Source: Caulobacter sp. (lineage in GTDB: Bacteria > Pseudomonadota > Alphaproteobacteria > Caulobacterales > Caulobacteraceae). From it: a DNA stretch of 56,738 nucleotides. The notes under the pieces are model-generated. The model was not told the origin of the DNA. It worked only from the letters and a program-made list of their open reading frames with translations, and made no database searches. The stretch is from NCBI GenBank assembly GCA_035627755.1, contig DASPLD010000221.1:1-56738 (forward strand). Direction: 5' to 3'. Within the stretch, counting starts at the first letter, position 1. Every line of letters starts with the position of its first letter. Made by a program: the position numbers and the translations under genes. Positions 51,348 to 56,738 of this stretch are shown piece by piece.

Positions 51348-51556
51348 GCGGCCTCCCGTTGCGCGGGAAGGGCCATCGGATCGGCGATATCGGGGAGGAT
51401 GGCGCGGACGATGCGCTGAATGACGAAAGCGGCCGCTTCCCGCTTTGTCGCGGCCTGGCCGCTGTCGAGCGACCCGCCGGCAAGGTCGTAGGTGGTCCAC
51501 CGCCAGCCGTCGTCGGCCGGCTCGATCGAGAACCTTGTCCCCTGCGCTGACATCAT
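51344..51556 (-). CDS. 70-aa hypothetical protein leading the cphAB operon
   Basis: MMSAQGTRFSIEPADDGWRWTTYDLAGGSLDSGQAATKREAAAFVI...; purine-rich SD; TGA overlaps the cphA ATG. Confidence 0.72.
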   Translation of the reverse strand: MMSAQGTRFSIEPADDGWRWTTYDLAGGSLDSGQAATKREAAAFVIQRIVRAILPDIADPMALPAQREAA

Positions 51557-51595
51557 GGCGTTTGGTCTCTCTCCCGCATCTTCGAGGCGAGTCTC

Positions 51596-51620
51596 AACGA
51601 TGGGCGAGCGACAAGGTTCC
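51596..51620 (-). promoter_or_regulatory. SigT/EcfG promoter of the orf-cphA-cphB operon
   Basis: Exact GGAAC-N16-CGTT. Confidence 0.78.
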
Positions 51621-51691
51621 TCTCCGGCCGGGGCCGAAAAACTGAGCATTTTTAGAAACTTAACATAGGTTTATGTCGACCCGCCGACTCT

Positions 51692-51716
51692 GGAACCGGC
51701 AATCGTCTGACGCGTA
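51692..51716 (+). promoter_or_regulatory. SigT/EcfG-like promoter of the diiron enzyme gene
   Basis: GGAAC-N16-CGTA. Confidence 0.65.
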
Positions 51717-51743
51717 TTCGCAGCTCAAAGGACGGAGTCACCC

Positions 51744-52655
51744 ATGTATCCGCGCGACTACACGATCGCTGACCTGCAAACGCCGGATGTCTTCTCGGCC
51801 GAGTTCCAGCAACGGCTCTCCCGCTGGAACCATGAGCGGCTGGCGGTCGGCAAGCCCAGCCCCTACTGGGAGGCGGACCTCGCCGAGGAGCAGGAGATGC
51901 GCCGGCTGGAGGGCCTGTTCATCGAGGCGTTCCGCGAGCGGCTCCATGACCGGCTTCGGGACCTGCCGACCGACCCGGACGGCTTCAATGTCTGGTTCGA
52001 GGCGTTGAAGGAGACCGGGCCGGGCCAGAACGACCCCCTGTTCCCCTGGCTCGCCGAGCAGGCCAGCCTGGAGGAGATGCGCTGGTTCCTGGAGCAGGAG
52101 GTGGCCGGCGAGGCGGGGTTCGAGGACCTGGTCGCCTATACCCAGGTCAAGATGCCGGTCCGCCCCAAGCTCGAACTCGCCCGCAACTACTGGGACGAGA
52201 TGGGCCACGGCGGCGAGCCCGGCATGCACGGGCCGATGCTGGACAAGCTGGCCCGGGCGCTCGACCTGAAGCCCAGGATCGAGACCACCCTCGCGCCCTC
52301 CCTGGCGCTCGGCAACGCCATGGTCGCCTTCGCGACCACCCGGCGCTACGCCTACCATGCGGTCGGCGCCCTGGGGGCCGTCGAGCTGACCGCGCCCTGG
52401 CGCGCGGCCCATGTGGCCGCTGGGCTGAAGCGCCTGGGCGTCGGCAAGGAGCGCCGCTACTTCGCCCTGCACTCGACCCTCGACATCAAGCATTCCGAGG
52501 CCTGGAACGCCGAGGTGCTGCGCCCGCTGGTCGAGGCCGACCCCGACTGCGCCCGCTACATCGCCGAGGGCGCCCTGATGCGGCTCGACTGCGGCCGCCG
52601 CTGCTTCGAGGCCTATCGGGCCCACCTGCGGCCGGGGCTGGAGATGGCCGCCTGA
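51744..52655 (+). CDS. Heme-oxygenase-like diiron enzyme (iron-containing redox enzyme family)
   Basis: QE...EAGFEDL, NYWDEMGHG...MH, GAVEL, YF.LHSTLD.KH metal-ligand pattern; SD GGAG. Confidence 0.88.
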   Translation: MYPRDYTIADLQTPDVFSAEFQQRLSRWNHERLAVGKPSPYWEADLAEEQEMRRLEGLFIEAFRERLHDRLRDLPTDPDGFNVWFEALKETGPGQNDPLFPWLAEQASLEEMRWFLEQEVAGEAGFEDLVAYTQVKMPVRPKLELARNYWDEMGHGGEPGMHGPMLDKLARALDLKPRIETTLAPSLALGNAMVAFATTRRYAYHAVGALGAVELTAPWRAAHVAAGLKRLGVGKERRYFALHSTLDIKHSEAWNAEVLRPLVEADPDCARYIAEGALMRLDCGRRCFEAYRAHLRPGLEMAA

Positions 52656-52704
52656 GCCGGGCCCTGGCGGCCCGCGCCGCCGGCGGCGCGCGGCCGCCGT
52701 AGGC

Positions 52705-53424
52705 TCAGACCGGATCCCGGCGAAGGCGCAGGTAGGCGGGGTCGAACTCGGCCACGTCCGCCAGGCCGTCCCAGTCGAGGATGGTGACCTGGCCGCTCTT
52801 CCATTCCAGAATCCCCATGCTGCGCAGGGCCATCAGGGTGCGGTTGACGTGGACCGGCGACAGGCCGAGCACGTCGGCCAGCACGGCCTGGGTGAGCGGC
52901 AGCTCGAAGGCCAGGCGGTCGGCCACCCCCGCCGCCTCCAGCCGCACGGCCATCTCGCAGACCAGGTGCGCCATCCGACCCAGCGCGTCCTGGCGGCCCA
53001 TCATCACCAGCCATTGGCGATGGATGGCGCCGTCGATGACGGTCTCCAGCCACAGCAGCCGCGCCAGATGCGGGTGCGCCTCGGTCAGGCGGCGAAGGTC
53101 GGCATGGGGGACCGCCACCACCTCGCAGTCGGTGAGGGCGACGACGCCGTGGTCCATGGTCTTGAGCAGCAGGCTGTGCAGGTCGACGAAGTCGCCCGGC
53201 ACATTGATCTCGGTGAACTGCCGGCCGCCGTCGCGCAGCAGCCCGAGCCGACCGCAGAAGCCGGACAGCAGCAGGGTGCTCTCGTTTGGCCGGTCCCCGG
53301 CGAGGATGAGGTCCGCCCCGGCGGCGTGCCGGCGATGCGTCCCGCGGATGCCGTGCAGCACCGCCGCCTCTTCGGCGGAAACGGCGTCGCGCCGGCGCAT
53401 CTTGGTGACGAGAAAATCAGTCAT
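52705..53424 (-). CDS. Crp/Fnr family transcriptional regulator
   Basis: G.RQ.....VPGDFVDL, W.V.MGR..A..RMAHL.CE, PLTQ..LAD.LGLS.VHVNRTL..L. Confidence 0.92.
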   Translation of the reverse strand: MTDFLVTKMRRRDAVSAEEAAVLHGIRGTHRRHAAGADLILAGDRPNESTLLLSGFCGRLGLLRDGGRQFTEINVPGDFVDLHSLLLKTMDHGVVALTDCEVVAVPHADLRRLTEAHPHLARLLWLETVIDGAIHRQWLVMMGRQDALGRMAHLVCEMAVRLEAAGVADRLAFELPLTQAVLADVLGLSPVHVNRTLMALRSMGILEWKSGQVTILDWDGLADVAEFDPAYLRLRRDPV

Positions 53425-53491
53425 CGGAACCTCCGGCGCCGGGGCCGGTTGGTCACGGCGACCCTCGCGGCCGCCGCCCTGCCCTTTCCAG

Positions 53492-53516
53492 AACCGCTCA
53501 GCGGCGGCGAAGTTTC
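53492..53516 (-). promoter_or_regulatory. Degenerate SigT-like promoter of the second Crp gene
   Basis: GAAAC-N16-GGTT. Confidence 0.45.
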
Positions 53517-53528
53517 GCCTGCGGGGAC

Positions 53529-55379
53529 TCAGAGCGGCGCCAGGATGTCTCGCAGCCTCGGCCGGGCGCCGGCGATCGGCGACAGGTGCGGGAAGCGATG
53601 GCCGCCCTGGTAGACGATGGAGACCGACCGCACCCGGGCCTGGGGCCGCGGCCTGACCGCGAGGTCAAGCATCCCGCCGTCGGCTATGGCGTCGCCGATC
53701 GCCTGTTCGCCGTAGTCCTGGCCGTTGACCTGTTCGATCAGGGCCCCGGCCGTCAGTCCCGCCTCGAAGGCCGGGCTGTCCCAGACCACTTCCTGGATGG
53801 TCCCGTCCGCCCCGATGTTCAGCCCGACGGAGAACCGGAGGTCGAACTGGCCTGCGTCGGCGTCGAACCGCCTGCAGAAGTCGCTTCGCTCGGGCCGGTA
53901 GACCAGGTTGTAGCCGCCCCGCTGCAACCCTTCGAGCGGCGCCCCCTGGCGCCGGCTTTCCAGCTTGTCGTCCAGAAAGGCCCGCCAGTCGTGGTCGGCC
54001 ACCTCCGTCAGGGTGGCGACGACCTCGTCCAGGTCATAGGTCCGGGTGGTCATCCGGCCGTCGTCGACGCCGAAGAAGGCGCGGGCGAAGTCGTCGAGGG
54101 ACCGCTCCTCGCCGGTGAGCTCGCGGATCAGGGTGTCGGCGGCCAGCCACAGCAGCTGGCCTTCCGAATAATAGTCCTCGCTGCGCTGCCAGCTCGGCCA
54201 GGGGATCGGCTCGCGCCCGTTGATGACCGGGTCGCGGGTGGTGTCCGCCAGGGTGCGCCAGCGGCCGCCCGGCCGGGTGTCATAGGTCGCGGCCACCTTG
54301 GCGAGGGCCTCGAGGGCGTGCTCGATGCTCCACATCCGGGCGCGGGCGGTCAGGACATGGCCCCAGTACTGGGTCTGGCCCTCGTAGACCCACATCAGGC
54401 TGTTGCGGATCGGCTTCTCGAAGTTCGGCGTCCAGGAGTCCGCCCCGCGGCGGAATTTGCCGTTCCAGGAATGGGTGAACTCGTGCGCGGCCACGTCCCG
54501 TTTGGTCAGGTGGCGGTCCCAGTCGGCGAAGTAGTCGGGCGGGGCGATGATTTCGGCGCAGCGGTGATGCTCCACGCCCCCGCCGCCAAGTTCCTCGCTG
54601 AGCGCGGTGAGGAAGCGGTAGCGGTCGAAGTGACGGGAAGCGAACAATCGATCCGCCTGCCGCACCAGCGCCCGATGCCGCTCGACGCCCTCGCCGCCGG
54701 CGGCGAGGTGGTTGGCGTCGTGGGCGAAGAGGTCCAGCCAGACGGCCTTGCCGTCGTCGAGCGGCACGGCCTCGTGGAAGCGGCCGGCCATCACCGGCGA
54801 GTCGACCAGGACGTCCAGCCCGACGGGCCGGAAGCGAACGGCGGCGCCGTCCTGGCCGGCGGGTTCCAGGACCGTGGCGAAGGTCCAGCCCTGGGGAAGG
54901 GTGACCGCCGCCTCGACCTGGATCCGGCGGGCGAAATGGCCGGCCGGATAAAGAAGCATCCGCCCCCAGTGGAGCAGGGCCATCTCGTCGCTGACTACCA
55001 CGTCGCCCTGGCCCTCGCTGGTCGGGGACAGGAACTGGAAGCGGGCCTCGATCGTCTGGGCGTCCTCGGGCGGCTCGACGTGGAAGGCGTGGACTTCCAC
55101 CGGGTCCCGGCGCCAGTCGAGCTTCCTGTCGCCGGCGCGGATTTCAAGGCCGGCGAACAGGCCGATCGGGTTCTGCGGCGCGTGATAGCCGGGCATCCAT
55201 TTGGGATAGAGCAGGATCAGCGGCCGGCCGCCGTCCACCGGCAGGGTCTGGACGACGTTGATGATCCCCCGGGCGGTGTCCGTCGCGTCCACAGAGAGGC
55301 GGACCACGCCGGGATAGTCGACATCGCGCGGCTCTGGAATCGGCGGGGGTTGCGGGGCGGGCTGCGGCAGGTCGGCCAT
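53529..55379 (-). CDS. M61 family metallo-aminopeptidase with C-terminal PDZ-like domain
   Basis: P.W.PG, LVDSP, GG.EH, HEFTHSWN, WVYEG.T.Y, YY..G, SPA..AGL..G...VNG. Confidence 0.92.
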   Translation of the reverse strand: MADLPQPAPQPPPIPEPRDVDYPGVVRLSVDATDTARGIINVVQTLPVDGGRPLILLYPKWMPGYHAPQNPIGLFAGLEIRAGDRKLDWRRDPVEVHAFHVEPPEDAQTIEARFQFLSPTSEGQGDVVVSDEMALLHWGRMLLYPAGHFARRIQVEAAVTLPQGWTFATVLEPAGQDGAAVRFRPVGLDVLVDSPVMAGRFHEAVPLDDGKAVWLDLFAHDANHLAAGGEGVERHRALVRQADRLFASRHFDRYRFLTALSEELGGGGVEHHRCAEIIAPPDYFADWDRHLTKRDVAAHEFTHSWNGKFRRGADSWTPNFEKPIRNSLMWVYEGQTQYWGHVLTARARMWSIEHALEALAKVAATYDTRPGGRWRTLADTTRDPVINGREPIPWPSWQRSEDYYSEGQLLWLAADTLIRELTGEERSLDDFARAFFGVDDGRMTTRTYDLDEVVATLTEVADHDWRAFLDDKLESRRQGAPLEGLQRGGYNLVYRPERSDFCRRFDADAGQFDLRFSVGLNIGADGTIQEVVWDSPAFEAGLTAGALIEQVNGQDYGEQAIGDAIADGGMLDLAVRPRPQARVRSVSIVYQGGHRFPHLSPIAGARPRLRDILAPL

Positions 55380-55486
55380 GGTGTCAGGTCACATCGTTGG
55401 GCTGGAAGGGCGCCGGATCGAGCGCTGGTCGGCGATCCGGTCGCCCGCCGTATCCGGCCCAGCGCCGCCCGGGTTCGGAGCCAGGA

Positions 55487-55511
55487 AACCGCAGGAACGC
55501 CGGGCTGTTCC
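55487..55511 (-). promoter_or_regulatory. SigT-like promoter of the M61 peptidase
   Basis: GGAAC-N16-GGTT. Confidence 0.6.
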
Positions 55512-55542
55512 TGCTCCTGGCGAATTTCGCGTGGATCCCGCC

Positions 55543-56223
55543 CTAGTCGGTTCCGGTCTTGCTGTGCGGCTCGGCGACCGCCTTGCTCTCGGGCGAGCCC
55601 TTCTCCCGCAGGAAGACGGCCAGCACCACGAGCAGGGCGGTGGAGAGGAACTCGCTCTGCCAGTTCTGGAAGCTTTCGAACCAGAACAGCGGGTCACCGA
55701 GATGCTGCAGGGCGGTCGGCGGCGGCTGGCCATGGACGATGGCGTCCTCCGCCGCGTCCCGCGCGCTGTTCAGCCAGTGCAGCACGAAGCTGGCCAGGAA
55801 CAGCAGCAGCATCGCCAGTCCCAGGGAGTGGGAATACAGCATTCGCCAGCCCGGCCCGGCCCGCACCGGCCAGGGCGTGTCCGGCCGCTGGCGGTCGCGC
55901 GCCGGATCGGCGTCCTGGGGCGCCGGCCGGTCCGGGTCCTTGGATTCCGGCGAGCCGCGCTGGAACAGGTAGGCCGTCAGCATGACATAGGCCCACATCT
56001 GCAGGAATTCGCTCTCCCAGTTCTCGAACAGGGTCGAGAGGAAGGTCCCGCCGACGAGGTACTGCGCCAAGCCGATGGAGGCTTCGCCATGCTCGGAGCG
56101 CTCAGCCAGGTCGGCGAGCCACCCCGTGAAGGCGTGACCGGTCACGGAGGCGGCGAACAAGGCGAGCAGGGCCAGGGTCAGCCCGTTGTCCCGCCAGAAG
56201 CGTGATGGGTGCGAGCGCGTCAT
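55543..56223 (-). CDS. DUF6766-like membrane protein (internal duplication)
   Basis: Two repeats FENWESEFLQ...QRGSPESK / FQNWQSEFLS...EKGSPESK; SD GAGGAG. Confidence 0.85.
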   Translation of the reverse strand: MTRSHPSRFWRDNGLTLALLALFAASVTGHAFTGWLADLAERSEHGEASIGLAQYLVGGTFLSTLFENWESEFLQMWAYVMLTAYLFQRGSPESKDPDRPAPQDADPARDRQRPDTPWPVRAGPGWRMLYSHSLGLAMLLLFLASFVLHWLNSARDAAEDAIVHGQPPPTALQHLGDPLFWFESFQNWQSEFLSTALLVVLAVFLREKGSPESKAVAEPHSKTGTD

Positions 56224-56243
56224 CGATGTCTCCTCGGCACCAT

Positions 56244-56269
56244 AGCGCCGGGCCGGGCGCGCCCGTTCC
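56244..56269 (-). promoter_or_regulatory. SigT-like promoter of the DUF6766 gene
   Basis: GGAAC-N17-CGCT. Confidence 0.5.
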
Positions 56270-56470
56270 TAGGTCGGCGAACCGACATATCCCCGGCCCT
56301 CATTTCGGCCCCGGCCAGGCTGGAACATCAGGCGCTCCCCCCGGTTTGGGCCCGCGAAGGAGGAACGCCCGCGCCGCAGCCGAGGACCCTACCGCCGGCG
56401 CCTCGCGCTGCAACGCGCGGCCATTGCCGACCGTCGCTCCGAGGCGCCCCGCCGCCTGGCGGGAGCAGCC

Positions 56471-56738
56471 TCAGGACGGGCCCAGGGCGGCGTGCGGCTG
56501 GTATTCGCCGAAGCTGCGAGCCAGGTCCGCGAGACTGACCTTGCCCAGCCTGGCGACCAGCAGGGCCTCGGCGTCGCGCAGGGCGTCGTCCAGGGCCGCA
56601 TTGACCGCTCGCTCGACGGCGCAGGCGGGGTCGGAGTTGTCCGCCCCGATCGCGAAGATCCGCGGGCCGCCCACGGCGCGATGAATGTCGAGCAAGGACA
56701 CGTTTGCAAGGTCTGCCGCCAGCAGCCAGCCGCCGCCG
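56471..56738 (-). CDS. Rrf2 family transcriptional regulator (5' end outside the window)
   Basis: GGGWLLAADLANVSLLDIHRAVG...C.VE.AVN..L...AE......L..VSLADL. Confidence 0.85.
   Translation of the reverse strand, partial: GGGWLLAADLANVSLLDIHRAVGGPRIFAIGADNSDPACAVERAVNAALDDALRDAEALLVARLGKVSLADLARSFGEYQPHAALGPS

Noticed and set aside
55389-55733. ORF in frame with the M61 gene, possible stop read-through supplying a signal peptide
   Set aside because: It is a shadow of the DUF6766 gene and encodes no hydrophobic signal sequence.

Overview
Very GC-rich alphaproteobacterial chromosome segment. Gene content and order (ntrZ-DUF3576-leuS-lptE-holA, imuA-imuB-dnaE2, hemC-hemD-mic60-hemY-like, tsaE-amgK-murU-addB-addA) point to Caulobacteraceae; this is inferred, not database-checked. 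Bases 1-45.7 kb are mostly housekeeping: AddAB, peptidoglycan recycling, a heat-shock cluster with RpoH-like promoters, t6A and heme genes, three tRNAs (Gly-GCC, Thr-CGT, Ala-CGC), the SOS mutasome, leuS, and several palindromic intergenic repeats. Bases ~45.8-56.4 kb form an accessory island and are the most interesting part. A cyanophycin synthetase/cyanophycinase operon, led by a translationally coupled 70-aa ORF, lies between an NPPF-type SAM methyltransferase and a heme-oxygenase-like diiron enzyme. The island also carries a signal-peptide-less M61 peptidase, two Crp-family regulators, a DUF6766-like membrane protein and small proteins. Almost every unit there has a GGAAC-N16/17-CGTT-like (SigT/EcfG general stress) promoter, suggesting a stress-induced cyanophycin storage and possibly tailoring system. 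Other points: repeat ends placed as -35 boxes of leaderless genes, a long structured Hsp20 leader, a probable CTG start, and small ORFs absent from the ORF track. All family calls come from motif recognition by eye.
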